From: an uncultured Pelagibacteraceae bacterium | GTDB taxonomy: Bacteria > Pseudomonadota > Alphaproteobacteria > Pelagibacterales > Pelagibacteraceae | Direction: 5' to 3' | Assembly: GCA_902629535.1 (NCBI GenBank) | Contig: CACORD010000001.1 | Coordinates: forward strand, 37,928-101,927 | DNA length: 64,000 nucleotides | Shown here: positions 10,325-21,438 of the stretch, piece by piece | How positions within the stretch are numbered: position 1 is the stretch's first letter | Layout of the letters: each line of letters starts with the position of its first letter | Made by a program: the position numbers and the translations under genes | The notes under the pieces: model-generated | What the model was told of the DNA's origin: nothing | Databases searched by the model: none | Seen by the model: only the letters and a program-made list of their open reading frames with translations

Positions 10325-11611
10325 ATGAAAAAACAATATTTTATAAATGCTAATATAGTAGACCCTCACAACTCTATAAATGAAAATGGGGGTCTGATTA
10401 TAAGTGAAGATGGAAAAATTGAAGCTATAGGAAAAAAAGTAAATATTAATAATTTACCGAGTAGAGAGAAACCAATTGATTTAAAAGGTAAGTATATTTT
10501 CCCTGGATTAGTCGATATGCGAGTTTTTGTTGGTGAGCCGGGCTATGAGTATAAAGAAAATTTTAGGACTCTGAGTAACGCGGCACTTTCAGGTGGCGTC
10601 ACTTCCGTCGTAACAATGCCTAATACAGATCCTGTCATTGATAACGTGTCCATAGTTGATTTTCTAAAAAGAAGAGGAAGAGATAAATCAAAGATAAATA
10701 TTTTTCCATGTGCCTCCTTAACGAAAAATACTGAGGGTACAAATATGACTGAATTTGGTTTGTTACAAAATAAAGGAATAATTGCATTCACAGATGGCGT
10801 TAAAACAATTCAAAACCCAAGATTAATGTCTAGAATAATGAACTCTGCTAAAGATTTGGGTAGTTTAATAATGCAGCACGCTGAAGATTATGAGCTAGCA
10901 AAAAATGGTATGATTAACTCTGGAATAATTGCTTCAAAATTAGGTCTATCTGGTATACCTGAAATCGCTGAGCGTATTCTGATTGAGAGAGATTTAACAT
11001 TACTCGAAAAAGTTAAATGCAGATATCATATCTCTCAATTATCATCACAAAAGTCTGTCGAAGTAATTAAATCAAGAAAGGAAATAGTAAAATTCACATG
11101 TGGTGTTTCAGTTAATAACTTATCTTTAAATGAAAATGATATAGGAGATTTCAAAACATTTTTGAAATTGTCTCCACCATTAAGAAGAGAAGAAGATAGG
11201 CTAGCTTTAGTACAAGGTTTAAAGGAAAATTTAATTGATGTAATAGTTTCAGATCACAAACCTGAAGATGAAGAGTCAAAAAGATTAACATTTGCTCAAG
11301 CAGCAACTGGTGCTTCAGGGATAGAAACTCTGCTGTCTCTAAGTTTAGAATTATATCATAACGGATCACTCAAATTAGATACAATAATAAAAGCATTAAC
11401 ATCAAACCCTGCTAAAATATTAAAAATAAATAAAGGAAATCTATCTATTGGTAATGATGCCGATCTTTGTATAGTAGATATAGATAAACCATGGATTGTA
11501 AAAAAAGATAAACTTATCTCAAAATCAAAAAATACATCCATCGAAGATAAAAAACTTCAAGGCAAAGTTACAAATACATTTGTAAACGGTAAAGAATTAT
11601 TTAAGCTATAG
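10325..11611 (+). CDS. pyrC: Dihydroorotase-family protein (probably the inactive PyrC'-type partner of ATCase)
   Basis: GGVTSVVTMPNT, KLSPPLR and SDHKP motifs, but the HxH metal motif reads DMRVF. Confidence 0.85.
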   Translation: MKKQYFINANIVDPHNSINENGGLIISEDGKIEAIGKKVNINNLPSREKPIDLKGKYIFPGLVDMRVFVGEPGYEYKENFRTLSNAALSGGVTSVVTMPNTDPVIDNVSIVDFLKRRGRDKSKINIFPCASLTKNTEGTNMTEFGLLQNKGIIAFTDGVKTIQNPRLMSRIMNSAKDLGSLIMQHAEDYELAKNGMINSGIIASKLGLSGIPEIAERILIERDLTLLEKVKCRYHISQLSSQKSVEVIKSRKEIVKFTCGVSVNNLSLNENDIGDFKTFLKLSPPLRREEDRLALVQGLKENLIDVIVSDHKPEDEESKRLTFAQAATGASGIETLLSLSLELYHNGSLKLDTIIKALTSNPAKILKINKGNLSIGNDADLCIVDIDKPWIVKKDKLISKSKNTSIEDKKLQGKVTNTFVNGKELFKL

Positions 11612-11612
11612 C

Positions 11613-12191
11613 ATGGATATTTTAATCATAGGTATAATTTCATATTTGATGGGTTCAATTCCATTTGGATTGTTACTAACAAAAATTTTTTTGAAAAAGG
11701 ATATAAGAGATATTGGATCTGGAAATATCGGAGCCACAAATGTGCTAAGAGCTGGTAACAAAACAGTTGGTTACATCACGTTATCTCTTGATATATTAAA
11801 AGCTATCGTCCCTGTAATATTTGTTAAAATTTATTACACAGATTACTTATATTTAGCATCATTATGTGCATTTATAGGTCATGTATTTCCTGTATGGCTC
11901 AAATTTAAAGGAGGGAAAGGTGTTGCAACATATGTTGGTATTCTATTTGCTATAAATATTTATTTCGGAATTATTTTTGCTTTATCTTGGTTTGTAATTT
12001 TTGCTATATCAAGATTTTCATCTTTATCTTCATTAATTGCTTCTGTATCAATTCCTGTTTATTTAATGGTCACGGGTCAATTTAAAGATATATATTTTTT
12101 TATAATCATGTTTGTATTAATATTTTTTACCCATCGAGAAAATATTAAAAGATTGAAAAATAAAGAAGAAACTAAGACAAAAATTTATTAA
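11613..12191 (+). CDS. plsY: Glycerol-3-phosphate acyltransferase
   Basis: GSGNIGATN, FKGGKGVAT and HRENIKRL motifs. Confidence 0.96.
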   Translation: MDILIIGIISYLMGSIPFGLLLTKIFLKKDIRDIGSGNIGATNVLRAGNKTVGYITLSLDILKAIVPVIFVKIYYTDYLYLASLCAFIGHVFPVWLKFKGGKGVATYVGILFAINIYFGIIFALSWFVIFAISRFSSLSSLIASVSIPVYLMVTGQFKDIYFFIIMFVLIFFTHRENIKRLKNKEETKTKIY

Positions 12192-12227
12192 TTTGACTAT
12201 CTAACTCTTTTAGGTAGTTTGTCATTT

Positions 12228-14807
12228 ATGAACTTGGTCATTGTAGAAAGTCCAGCTAAAGCCAAAACTATCAATAAATATTTAGGTGATAATTATAAAG
12301 TATTAGCTAGTTATGGGCATATTAGAGATTTACCTTCTAAAAATGGTTCTGTTGATCCAGATCAAGATTTTAAGATGGAATGGGAGATCGATAGCTTTTC
12401 AAAAAAATATCTTAAAGAAATTACTGACGCAGCCAAAGACTCCTCAAAAATTATATTAGCTACCGACCCTGATCGTGAAGGAGAAGCAATAGCTTGGCAT
12501 GTAAAAGAGTATCTAAATGAAAAAAAACTTCTTAAAGATAAAGAAATAGAAAGAGTTGTTTTTAACGAAATTACAAAAAAAGCAGTAATTCATGGAATTG
12601 AAAATCCAAGACAAATTGAACCGCTTTTAGTTGATGCTTACATGGCTCGAAGAGCCTTAGATTACTTGGTTGGCTTTAATATTTCACCAATATTATGGAC
12701 AAAACTTCCAGGCTCGAAATCGGCAGGAAGAGTTCAATCAGTAGCTTTAAAATTGATAACTGAAAGAGAACATGAAATTGAATCCTTTAAACCAGAAGAA
12801 TTTTGGACTTTAAGTGTCAAATTTAAAGATGAAAAAAATCAAAATATCCTTGCAAGTATTACTCAACTAGATAACAGAAAAATTGAAAAATTCTCTTTTA
12901 GAAATAAAGATGAGATAAATAAAGCTATATCAAGTATCAATCAAAAAAAATTTAGTATTACTGATATATCAAGTAAAGTGGTAAATCGTAATCCATCAGG
13001 ACCATTTACTACATCAACTCTTCAACAAACAGCTTCAAGTCGATTAGGGTTTGGTGCATCAAGAACTATGCAAATTGCCCAAAAGCTTTACCAAGGAGTC
13101 GAAATTGAAGGAGAAACAATAGGTTTGATAACATATATGAGAACAGATGGCACTAATTTGTCAAAAGATGCTGTTGTGGCTTTTAGAGATTATATCAAAA
13201 AAGAAATCGGTAATGAATATTTACCTGAGAGTGCTTTAAATTACTCTGGTAAAAAAGCAAAAAATGCACAAGAGGCACATGAAGCAATAAGACCCACAGA
13301 TGTTATCAGAACTCCCCAAAGTGTAAAAAAGTATCTAAGCACAGATCAAAATAAACTTTATGATTTAATATGGAGTAGAGCTTTATCTTCTCAAATGCAA
13401 TCTGCTAAATTTGATAGAAATACTATAACGATTGCATCAAATGATAATAATACAGTATGCAAAGCAAGTGGATCAGTTCTCAAATTTGATGGATTTTTAA
13501 AAATATATAATAATCAAGGTAAGGATGATAATGAAAACATTCTACCCTCTGTGTCTAAAGGACTTGTAAATATTGAATCCTTAATAGATGAACAGCATTT
13601 TACACAACCTCCTCCAAGATATTCTGAAGCTAGCTTAGTAAAAAAACTAGAGGAATTAGGAATAGGAAGACCATCTACTTACGCAAGTATAATTTCTACA
13701 ATAGCAAATAGAGGTTACGCAGAGATATTGAATAAAAGATTTTTTCCTACAGATAGAGGAAAACTTATTTCAGCTTTTCTTGAAAAATTGTTCTCAAAAT
13801 ATGTGGATTATAACTTTACTGCAGGTTTAGAGGATCAATTAGACGAGATTACAACTGGTAAAGAAAGCTGGATAAAAGTTTTGGAACTGTTCTGGAAAGA
13901 CTTCAATAACAATGTGACTGAAGTAAAGGAAAAAAGAACAAGAGAGGTCTTAGATCTTTTAAATGATAGTTTAGGAGATTTGGTTTTCGATAAGGATGAC
14001 AAAGGAAATATTGTAAGAAAGTGTCAATTATGTAATTCAGGGACACTAAGCTTAAAAAATAGCTTTAGGGGGGGCGCGTTTATTGGTTGTTCAAATTACC
14101 CTGAATGTAAATTTACAAGACCTTTGTCTAAAGCTAAAGCAGCGGCACAAGCAAAATTAGCTGAACCAAAATTTATTGGAAAACATGAGAACGGAAATGA
14201 TATATATCTTAAAAATGGAAGATTCGGTCCATATTTACAATATGAAAAAATTCCAGAAGATATAGAAATTGAAAAAACACCAAAGAAAAAAAAGAAAGCA
14301 AAAAAAATTAAATCGGATGTAAATGAACTTTTAAAAAATGTCTCTATTCCAAAAGGTTTGGAATTAGAAAGTATAGATTTAGAAAAAGCACAATTTTTAT
14401 GTTCACTACCAAAATCTTTAGGAATAAATCCTGATAATCAAAAAGAAATTACTTTAAACACTGGAAGATTTGGTCCTTACCTAAAGTGTGAAAATAAATC
14501 AGCTCGAATAGAAAATATTGAGGAAATTTTCTCTATTGGTTTAAATAGAGCGATAACATTAATTGCTGAGGCTAAACCAGGTAGAATGTCCTCTTCAATG
14601 ATTAAAGATTTAGGTGAACACCCTGAGGATAAAAAACCAATTAGAATTATGAAGGGACAATACGGACCATATATCAAGTATAAATCTCTAAATGCGACAA
14701 TTCCTGAAGAAAAGGATCCAACAGAACTTACAATGGAAGAGGCATTAATATTGATTGAGAAAAGAAAAGAATACGATAAAACAAAAAAGAAAAAAAAGAA
14801 AAAATGA
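12228..14807 (+). CDS. topA: DNA topoisomerase I
   Basis: LVIVESPAKAK, DPDREGEAI, SAGRVQS and ITYMRTD motifs; ATG at 12228. Confidence 0.98.
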   Translation: MNLVIVESPAKAKTINKYLGDNYKVLASYGHIRDLPSKNGSVDPDQDFKMEWEIDSFSKKYLKEITDAAKDSSKIILATDPDREGEAIAWHVKEYLNEKKLLKDKEIERVVFNEITKKAVIHGIENPRQIEPLLVDAYMARRALDYLVGFNISPILWTKLPGSKSAGRVQSVALKLITEREHEIESFKPEEFWTLSVKFKDEKNQNILASITQLDNRKIEKFSFRNKDEINKAISSINQKKFSITDISSKVVNRNPSGPFTTSTLQQTASSRLGFGASRTMQIAQKLYQGVEIEGETIGLITYMRTDGTNLSKDAVVAFRDYIKKEIGNEYLPESALNYSGKKAKNAQEAHEAIRPTDVIRTPQSVKKYLSTDQNKLYDLIWSRALSSQMQSAKFDRNTITIASNDNNTVCKASGSVLKFDGFLKIYNNQGKDDNENILPSVSKGLVNIESLIDEQHFTQPPPRYSEASLVKKLEELGIGRPSTYASIISTIANRGYAEILNKRFFPTDRGKLISAFLEKLFSKYVDYNFTAGLEDQLDEITTGKESWIKVLELFWKDFNNNVTEVKEKRTREVLDLLNDSLGDLVFDKDDKGNIVRKCQLCNSGTLSLKNSFRGGAFIGCSNYPECKFTRPLSKAKAAAQAKLAEPKFIGKHENGNDIYLKNGRFGPYLQYEKIPEDIEIEKTPKKKKKAKKIKSDVNELLKNVSIPKGLELESIDLEKAQFLCSLPKSLGINPDNQKEITLNTGRFGPYLKCENKSARIENIEEIFSIGLNRAITLIAEAKPGRMSSSMIKDLGEHPEDKKPIRIMKGQYGPYIKYKSLNATIPEEKDPTELTMEEALILIEKRKEYDKTKKKKKKK

Positions 14808-15022
14808 AAAATTTAATTCTTATAGTGTTTTTGTTTTCTTTAAGTTTTAATACTTACTCTTTTTCTAACGAAATTGATTGTAATGAATTTAAAAAACTTT
14901 CAGTAAATTATATGAAATGTAAAGCTAATTCTGTTAAAAAAAAAACAATATCTAAAACTAAAAATTTTGTAGGTGATACAAAAAATTTTCAGAAGAAAGA
15001 ATGGTCAAAAGAGAAAAATTAA
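14804..15022 (+). CDS. Small exported hypothetical protein
   Basis: Signal-peptide-like N-terminus; ATGA overlap with the topA stop. Confidence 0.55.
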   Translation: MKNLILIVFLFSLSFNTYSFSNEIDCNEFKKLSVNYMKCKANSVKKKTISKTKNFVGDTKNFQKKEWSKEKN

Positions 15023-15050
15023 ATAAAATAATATAAAAAATTTATAAAAA

Positions 15051-15512
15051 ATGAATTATCAAGAAAATTTAAATAAGTTAGGTCTAAAGTTACCTGAAGC
15101 TAAAGCGCCGGTAGGAAATTATGTTGCAACTAAAATTTCAGGAAAAATGTTATTTGTATCTGGACAAATTTCAATTAATGAAAAAGGTGAATTAATAAAA
15201 GGAAAAGTTGGAAAAGATTTAGATGTCGAAGCTGGATATAACGCAGCAAAAAGATGTGCTTTAAGTATTATTTCTCAAATAATGAAGGCATGCGACAATG
15301 ATCTTTCAAAGATTAAATCTTGTATAAAACTTACTGGTTTTGTTAGTTCTACTGATAATTTTCAAGATCAGCCTAAAGTAATAAATGGTGCATCTGATTT
15401 AATTGCATCTGTTTTTGGAGATGCAGGAATGCACACAAGAGCGGCTGTAAGTGTTAATAGTCTTCCCTTGGGTGTTGCTGTTGAAGTTGATGCTATATTT
15501 GAACTTAATTAA
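15051..15512 (+). CDS. RidA/YjgF family protein
   Basis: FVSGQI, NGASDL, HTRAAV and LPLGVAVEVD motifs. Confidence 0.9.
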   Translation: MNYQENLNKLGLKLPEAKAPVGNYVATKISGKMLFVSGQISINEKGELIKGKVGKDLDVEAGYNAAKRCALSIISQIMKACDNDLSKIKSCIKLTGFVSSTDNFQDQPKVINGASDLIASVFGDAGMHTRAAVSVNSLPLGVAVEVDAIFELN

Positions 15513-15515
15513 AAT

Positions 15516-16817
15516 TTATCTTCCAATACTATAATACTTAAAACCTTGATTTTTAATTTTTATTGGAGAGTATATATTTCTCATATCGTAAATAATAAAT
15601 TTTTTACCTCTAACTAAATTCTTAAAATTGATTGATTTAAAATCATTCCATTCTGTATGAATAATTACCAGATCTGAACCCTTTACAGACTCTTTAATAT
15701 TATTAATATAGAAAACATTTTTTACTTTTGAGAATTCTTTTTTAAGACCGGTTGGGTCAAAATAATTTATTTTAGCACCCTTCTTTGATAATGCAGGTAT
15801 CATTTTTAAACTAGATGAGTCTCTCATATCGTCTGTATTAGCCTTAAATGTGACACCTAAGAAAGTTATCTTTTTATTTTTAATTTTGTTATTCAAAATT
15901 TTATAGACTTTATTTAGTAATAAATTCGATCTATTTTCATTTGATTTTATGACTGATTTTATTACAGAAAGATTTATTTTAAACTTATCAGCAGTAGAAA
16001 TTATAGCTTTAGTGTCTTTTGGAAAACAAGATCCACCATAACCAGGCCCTGCCCTTAAAAAACGACTCCCAATCCTTTTATCTAAACCCATGCCAATTGA
16101 AATATCCTCGATGTCTATTCCTGTTTTTTCACATAAATTTGCGATTTCATTAATAAAAGTAATTTTAGTAGCCAAAAAAGCATTTGATGAATATTTGATT
16201 AATTCTGCAGCTCTTCTTGATGTATGAATATATTGAGCTCCTTTAGAAATCAAAGGTGTATATAAATTATTAAGTAAACGGTTAGACTTTTTATCATTAG
16301 ATCCAACAACTATTCTATCAGGAAAAATAAAATCTCGAATAGCTTCACCTTCTCTTAAAAATTCTGGATTTGATACAACAGAAAATTTATTTTTATTACT
16401 CTTTTTTTTTAATATAATTTTTTCAATTTCATCACCTGTTGTTACGGGCACAGTTGACTTATTTACTATTATCTTAAACTTATTGATTGATAAACTTATC
16501 TGTTTTGCTACTCGAAAAATTTGGCTTAGATCTGCACTGCTACTTCCTTTTTTAGTTGGTGTTCCAACACAAATAAAAATTATATCAGATACTTTTATTG
16601 ATTTTTTTAAATCTGATGAAAATTTTAATCTTTTATTTCTATAATTTTTGTTAACTAATTCAGTAAGTCCAGGTTCATAAATAGGAATTTTTCCTTTGGA
16701 TAGTAGATCTATTTTTTTAATGTCTTTATCAACACAAATCACATCATTACCTAAGTCTGCGAAGCATACACCGCTAACCAAACCTACATAACCTGTTCCT
16801 ATCATACAAAGTTTCAT
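15516..16817 (-). CDS. ugd: UDP-glucose 6-dehydrogenase
   Basis: GTGYVG, SNPEFLREG and GYGGSCFPKD motifs; likely start MKLCMIG at 16817, an ATGA overlap with galU. Confidence 0.95.
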   Translation of the reverse strand: MKLCMIGTGYVGLVSGVCFADLGNDVICVDKDIKKIDLLSKGKIPIYEPGLTELVNKNYRNKRLKFSSDLKKSIKVSDIIFICVGTPTKKGSSSADLSQIFRVAKQISLSINKFKIIVNKSTVPVTTGDEIEKIILKKKSNKNKFSVVSNPEFLREGEAIRDFIFPDRIVVGSNDKKSNRLLNNLYTPLISKGAQYIHTSRRAAELIKYSSNAFLATKITFINEIANLCEKTGIDIEDISIGMGLDKRIGSRFLRAGPGYGGSCFPKDTKAIISTADKFKINLSVIKSVIKSNENRSNLLLNKVYKILNNKIKNKKITFLGVTFKANTDDMRDSSSLKMIPALSKKGAKINYFDPTGLKKEFSKVKNVFYINNIKESVKGSDLVIIHTEWNDFKSINFKNLVRGKKFIIYDMRNIYSPIKIKNQGFKYYSIGR

Positions 16818-17629
16818 GATTTTGCTATCTCTAATGTTGATTTGATATAACCATCCATACTTCCACAATCCAAATATTTACCAGCAAAATTATGAGCGAT
16901 GAATTTTTCATTGTTTTGTATCAATGATTGTATTGCGTCAGTAATATGAATTTCACCACCTTTGCCTGGTTTTTGATTTAATAATTTAGAAAATATTTTT
17001 TTTGGAAGAATATATCGTCCTATAACAGCTTTATTTGATGGTGCTGTTGAGATTGAAGGTTTTTCGATAACATCTTTTATAACATAATTATTTTTATTTA
17101 TTTTTTTTCCTAATTTATAAATTCCCCATCTTGAGACAGTTTTTTTTGGGACATTAATACTTGCCATTACAGATGATTTGTAACGATTATGTATATTAAT
17201 CATCGACTTCGAGCAATTTTTCTTAATTATTAGATCATCTGGTAATAACATAAGAAAAAAATTATCTGTGATAAATTTTTTTGTTTTTAACACTGCATCA
17301 CCTGTTCCAAGGGGTTTATTTTGATAAACAAATTTAATCATCTTTTTATATTTCAAAATTTTTTTATATTCTTTAACAACCCTAGGATCTTTTTTTTTTT
17401 TTATTATTTCTTGATAAAAGCCATCCTTGTAAAAATAATCTTTTATCATTTGTTTTTTTTTTGAAATTATAAAAACTATCTTTTTGATACCAGCATCTAC
17501 GCATTCATCTAAAATATACTCAATTCCTGGTTTTCCATTAATAGGAAGAAGTTCTTTAGCAAATACACTGGTTAAAGGTAATAACCTTGTACCTAGACCA
17601 GCTAATGGAATAATTGCTTGTTTAATCAT
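16814..17629 (-). CDS. galU: UTP-glucose-1-phosphate uridylyltransferase
   Basis: AGLGTRLLP, KELLP, VIEKP and GEIHITDAI motifs. Confidence 0.92.
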   Translation of the reverse strand: MIKQAIIPLAGLGTRLLPLTSVFAKELLPINGKPGIEYILDECVDAGIKKIVFIISKKKQMIKDYFYKDGFYQEIIKKKKDPRVVKEYKKILKYKKMIKFVYQNKPLGTGDAVLKTKKFITDNFFLMLLPDDLIIKKNCSKSMINIHNRYKSSVMASINVPKKTVSRWGIYKLGKKINKNNYVIKDVIEKPSISTAPSNKAVIGRYILPKKIFSKLLNQKPGKGGEIHITDAIQSLIQNNEKFIAHNFAGKYLDCGSMDGYIKSTLEIAKS

Positions 17630-17663
17630 TTAAATGTTTTACTTATTAAAATGTTTTATACAA

Positions 17664-18476
17664 ATGAAAACTTTATTAAACAATATTGATTTAAATGAGG
17701 CATTATTTGGCAATTCAAATATTGGGTTTGTACCTACTATGGGCAGCCTTCACGATGGTCATATCTCATTAATTAAAAAATCTCTAAAACTATCCAATAA
17801 AACCATAGTAAGTATATTCATAAATCCTAAACAATTTAATAACAAAGAAGACTACAAGAAATATCCAAAAAATATAAAAAAAGATCTTAAAATTTTAAAA
17901 AAAATAAAAGTGGATTTTGTTTATTTACCTAAAATCAAAGATGTCTATAAAGATAAAAACAAAATAAAAATTAAACTAAATAAGCGAGATAAAATACTAT
18001 GTGCCAAGTATAGAAAGGGTCATTTTGAAGGGGTGATTGAGGTAATGACTCGTTTAACAAAAATAGTGAGACCATCAAAAATATTCATGGGTGAAAAAGA
18101 TTTTCAGCAGTTATTATTAGTAAAGAGATATGTAGAAAAAAATTTCAAATCTAAAATTATTTCTTGTAAAACAATTAGAGATAAAAATAAATTAGCTTTA
18201 TCATCTAGAAACACTCATTTAAAAAAAAATGATTTAAGCAAAGCAGGTAAAATAGCAAAGAAACTTATTATTTTTAAAAAGGAATTATCAAATAAAAAAA
18301 ATTTAAAAGATTTGATTTTTATGAAAAAAAATGAACTCAAAAAAAAATATAATATTAAGATAGATTATCTTGAATTAAGAAATACAAAAAATCTTAGATT
18401 AACTAATAAAATTAAAAACGCCAAAATTTTTATTGCTTATTTTATTAACAAGGTAAGACTTATAGACAATTTTTAA
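17664..18476 (+). CDS. panC: Pantoate-beta-alanine ligase
   Basis: FVPTMGSLHDGH, GEKDFQQ, ALSSRN and RLIDN motifs; start uncertain (17634 or 17664). Confidence 0.93.
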   Translation: MKTLLNNIDLNEALFGNSNIGFVPTMGSLHDGHISLIKKSLKLSNKTIVSIFINPKQFNNKEDYKKYPKNIKKDLKILKKIKVDFVYLPKIKDVYKDKNKIKIKLNKRDKILCAKYRKGHFEGVIEVMTRLTKIVRPSKIFMGEKDFQQLLLVKRYVEKNFKSKIISCKTIRDKNKLALSSRNTHLKKNDLSKAGKIAKKLIIFKKELSNKKNLKDLIFMKKNELKKKYNIKIDYLELRNTKNLRLTNKIKNAKIFIAYFINKVRLIDNF

Positions 18477-18479
18477 TTT

Positions 18480-19853
18480 TTATAAAAAGTAAGCTCCTAC
18501 ACCTAAAAAAGATACAAAACCAATAACATCAGTTATAGTTGTTACAAAAACACTTGATGCTATCGCTGGATCTATATTCATTTTTTTTAGTGTGACAGGT
18601 ACCAATATCCCAAACAAACCTGCAACGATCATTGTCAAAATCATTGAAATTGAAATTATTAAAGAGAGTATAATGTCTTGAAACCATAACTGAACAATAA
18701 AAGAACTTATAATTGCAAAAATAATTCCATTTAAAATCCCAATATTAAATTCTTTAAAAATATTCTGATTAAAATTATTTTTCGTTAAATCATTAGTGGC
18801 AAGAGTTCTAACTGTTACAGCTAATGTTTGCATTCCTGCATTGCCGCCCATTGATGCAACTATTGGCATCAAGAAAGCTAGAACAACCATTTGTTCAATA
18901 GTTGCTCCAAATAAACTAATACAATATGTAGCTAAAAATGCAGTAAAAAGATTTAACAACAACCAATTAAATCTTCTTTTCGTTTTCGTTATTACTCCAT
19001 CTGTAATTTCTTCATCACCTACACCAGCTAATCTTAAAGCATCCTCTTCTGCCTCTTCTTTTAAAACAGTCAAAACATCGTCTGAAGTAATCATTCCAAC
19101 CAACTTATTATTTTTGTCAACAACACACGCTGAATTTAAATTATAATTTTCAAATGAGTTACCAACTTCTTCTCTATCCATATCTACAGGGACTAAAAAA
19201 ATAGAGTCGTCCATAATTGATGACATTTTTGCTTCCCTTGGTGTTCTTAGAACTTTGGATGATGGTACAGCACCAATAGGCTTAAAATTTTCATCGACAA
19301 TATAAATTTCTAAAAATTGTTCAGGTAAATCTTTATTTTCTCTTAAATAATCAATAGTTTGACCAACAGACCAATTACTTGGTATAGCAGTAAATTCTCT
19401 CTGCATTATTCTAGCTGCACTGTCCTCAGGATAACTAAGACCTTCCAATAAAGCAAAACGATCTTTAGGTGGTAATAAACTTAAAATAGAGTTTTTATTT
19501 TTTTCATCTACATTTTCAAGAATAGCTATAGCATCATCAGACTCCAGGTTTTTTAATATTCTAACTATCGCATCAGAAGAAAGATATTTTATAATTTCAG
19601 TTTGAACTGACTCATTTAACTCAATAAAAACTTCAGGATCTATTTTGAAATTATTAAGTTTTATTAAATTTTCTCTATCATTTTGCCCTAAGTGTTCTAT
19701 GATATCAGCTGCATCAGCAGGGTGCATTTCTCTAAAAGAATTTGTGATAAAAGTTGCATCATTATTTGAAATTTTGTCAGTGACTACTTTTATGTACTCT
19801 TTATTAAATTCAAAATTGACTTTTTTATCTTTGATTTTTTTAATTAAAGTCAT
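18480..19853 (-). CDS. mgtE: Magnesium transporter MgtE
   Basis: HPADAAD, a CBS pair, MGGNAGMQ and DPAIASSVFVTTITD. Confidence 0.95.
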   Translation of the reverse strand: MTLIKKIKDKKVNFEFNKEYIKVVTDKISNNDATFITNSFREMHPADAADIIEHLGQNDRENLIKLNNFKIDPEVFIELNESVQTEIIKYLSSDAIVRILKNLESDDAIAILENVDEKNKNSILSLLPPKDRFALLEGLSYPEDSAARIMQREFTAIPSNWSVGQTIDYLRENKDLPEQFLEIYIVDENFKPIGAVPSSKVLRTPREAKMSSIMDDSIFLVPVDMDREEVGNSFENYNLNSACVVDKNNKLVGMITSDDVLTVLKEEAEEDALRLAGVGDEEITDGVITKTKRRFNWLLLNLFTAFLATYCISLFGATIEQMVVLAFLMPIVASMGGNAGMQTLAVTVRTLATNDLTKNNFNQNIFKEFNIGILNGIIFAIISSFIVQLWFQDIILSLIISISMILTMIVAGLFGILVPVTLKKMNIDPAIASSVFVTTITDVIGFVSFLGVGAYFL

Positions 19854-19913
19854 AAATTTACCTATTATTTAGCTCGATCTTTTAATACATAATCAAAAGA
19901 ATACAATTTTTAA

Positions 19914-20534
19914 ATGAGTATAGAAATTAAAAAGTCAGAAAAACCTATCATTTATGAGGATGCAAAAAAAATGATGGAAGAAAGATTGTTAAAAGTGGAT
20001 CTAAATAAATCAGATGAATTAATTTGGACTTTAGAACATCCAGACATTTATACAGCAGGGACAAGCTATAATGAAAAGGATATTTTAGATAAATCGATTA
20101 AGATTTTAGAGACAAATAGAGGTGGTAAAATTACTTATCATGGACCAGGTCAACTAATTTGTTATTTTGTAATAGACCTAAAAAAAAGAAAAAAAGATAT
20201 TAGAAATTTTATTTCAATTATAGAAAAAACAATAATAGATACGCTAAAATTTTTTAATATAAAAACTTTTTCAGATACAGAAAATATTGGAATATGGTAC
20301 AAAGATAAAGAACAAACTAAAAAGGTAGCTGCAATTGGAGTAAGAATTAGCAAGTGGATAGCTTATCACGGTTTTTCAATTAATATTAGTAACGATTTAG
20401 ACAAATATAAAGCGATAGTTCCATGTGGAATTAAAGATAAAGGAATTACAAATCTAAAACAAATCAAAGATCAAGATTATAAAGAATTAGAAAAAAAACT
20501 TGTAGAAATCTTTATTTCAAATTTGAATAAGTGA
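19914..20534 (+). CDS. lipB: Octanoyltransferase
   Basis: [28 protein letters not shown] and IVPCGI motifs. Confidence 0.96.
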   Translation: MSIEIKKSEKPIIYEDAKKMMEERLLKVDLNKSDELIWTLEHPDIYTAGTSYNEKDILDKSIKILETNRGGKITYHGPGQLICYFVIDLKKRKKDIRNFISIIEKTIIDTLKFFNIKTFSDTENIGIWYKDKEQTKKVAAIGVRISKWIAYHGFSINISNDLDKYKAIVPCGIKDKGITNLKQIKDQDYKELEKKLVEIFISNLNK

Positions 20535-21429
20535 GTCTTTTTGTTTTTAACAATTTTTTAAAATAACCAGGAAGTAAAGCCTTATATGTAAATTTTTTAG
20601 CCTTAATCATAAATCTTATTTCATATGCGTGTAACATCAATTCTTTATTAAGACCTATTGTTTTGGTGAAAGATTTATATTTATTATCTCCATAAATTGA
20701 GTGACCAATATTGAAAAGTTGTTTTCTTAATTGATGTTTTCTGCCAGTTATAGGCTTCATTTCTACAAGACTAGAATTCGAATTTTTATCAATAACTTTG
20801 TAAATTGTTTTTGCTTTTTCAATAATTTTTTTTCCGTTATCATAACGAATTAAATCATCATTCCATTCTCCTGAATTTTTTTCAAGCTCACCGTGACATA
20901 TAGCTAGATAGGTTTTATGGACTTTTCTCAATCTAAACAAAGATGTTAATAATTGTGCAGTTTCTCTATTTTTAGCCATTAAAAAAACACCAGATGTATC
21001 TTTGTCTAATCTATGAACAGAAAAAGGTTTTGTGTCTGAAAAAATTTCACTTTTTTTGAATATATCTATTAAGTTTTTTTTAGACTTTGTTCCGCCCTGA
21101 ACAGAAATACCAGCGCTCTTGTTTAAAACTATAAAATTTTCATTATTATCTATTATTAAATCTTCATTTGCTTTTATTATTTGATTAGAAGGTTTAAAAC
21201 TTATCTTTTTTTGAAAAATTCTTTCTTCAAATTTAAAATCATGTAAATCAATTTTGTCATTCAATTTAACCTTATATGAACTTTTTACCTTTTTTTTATT
21301 AACTTTAATTTTGCCCGATCTTAGAGATTTTTCAATTAGCCCTTGGGGAATTCTTCCTATTGTATTACGTATCCATCTATCAACACGCATATTATTACAC
21401 GTTGAGTCAACGATGTAACTTTTTAACAT
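20512..21429 (-). CDS. RluA/RluC family pseudouridine synthase
   Basis: N-terminal S4 domain; [10 protein letters not shown] and TGRKHQLR motifs. Confidence 0.92.
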   Translation of the reverse strand: MLKSYIVDSTCNNMRVDRWIRNTIGRIPQGLIEKSLRSGKIKVNKKKVKSSYKVKLNDKIDLHDFKFEERIFQKKISFKPSNQIIKANEDLIIDNNENFIVLNKSAGISVQGGTKSKKNLIDIFKKSEIFSDTKPFSVHRLDKDTSGVFLMAKNRETAQLLTSLFRLRKVHKTYLAICHGELEKNSGEWNDDLIRYDNGKKIIEKAKTIYKVIDKNSNSSLVEMKPITGRKHQLRKQLFNIGHSIYGDNKYKSFTKTIGLNKELMLHAYEIRFMIKAKKFTYKALLPGYFKKLLKTKRLTYSNLK

Positions 21430-21438
21430 AAAAAAATA

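Noticed and set aside
16818-16868. N-terminal extension of ugd shown in the ORF track
   Set aside because: It overlaps galU; the Rossmann-fold start MKLCMIG at 16817 gives the usual ATGA coupling.
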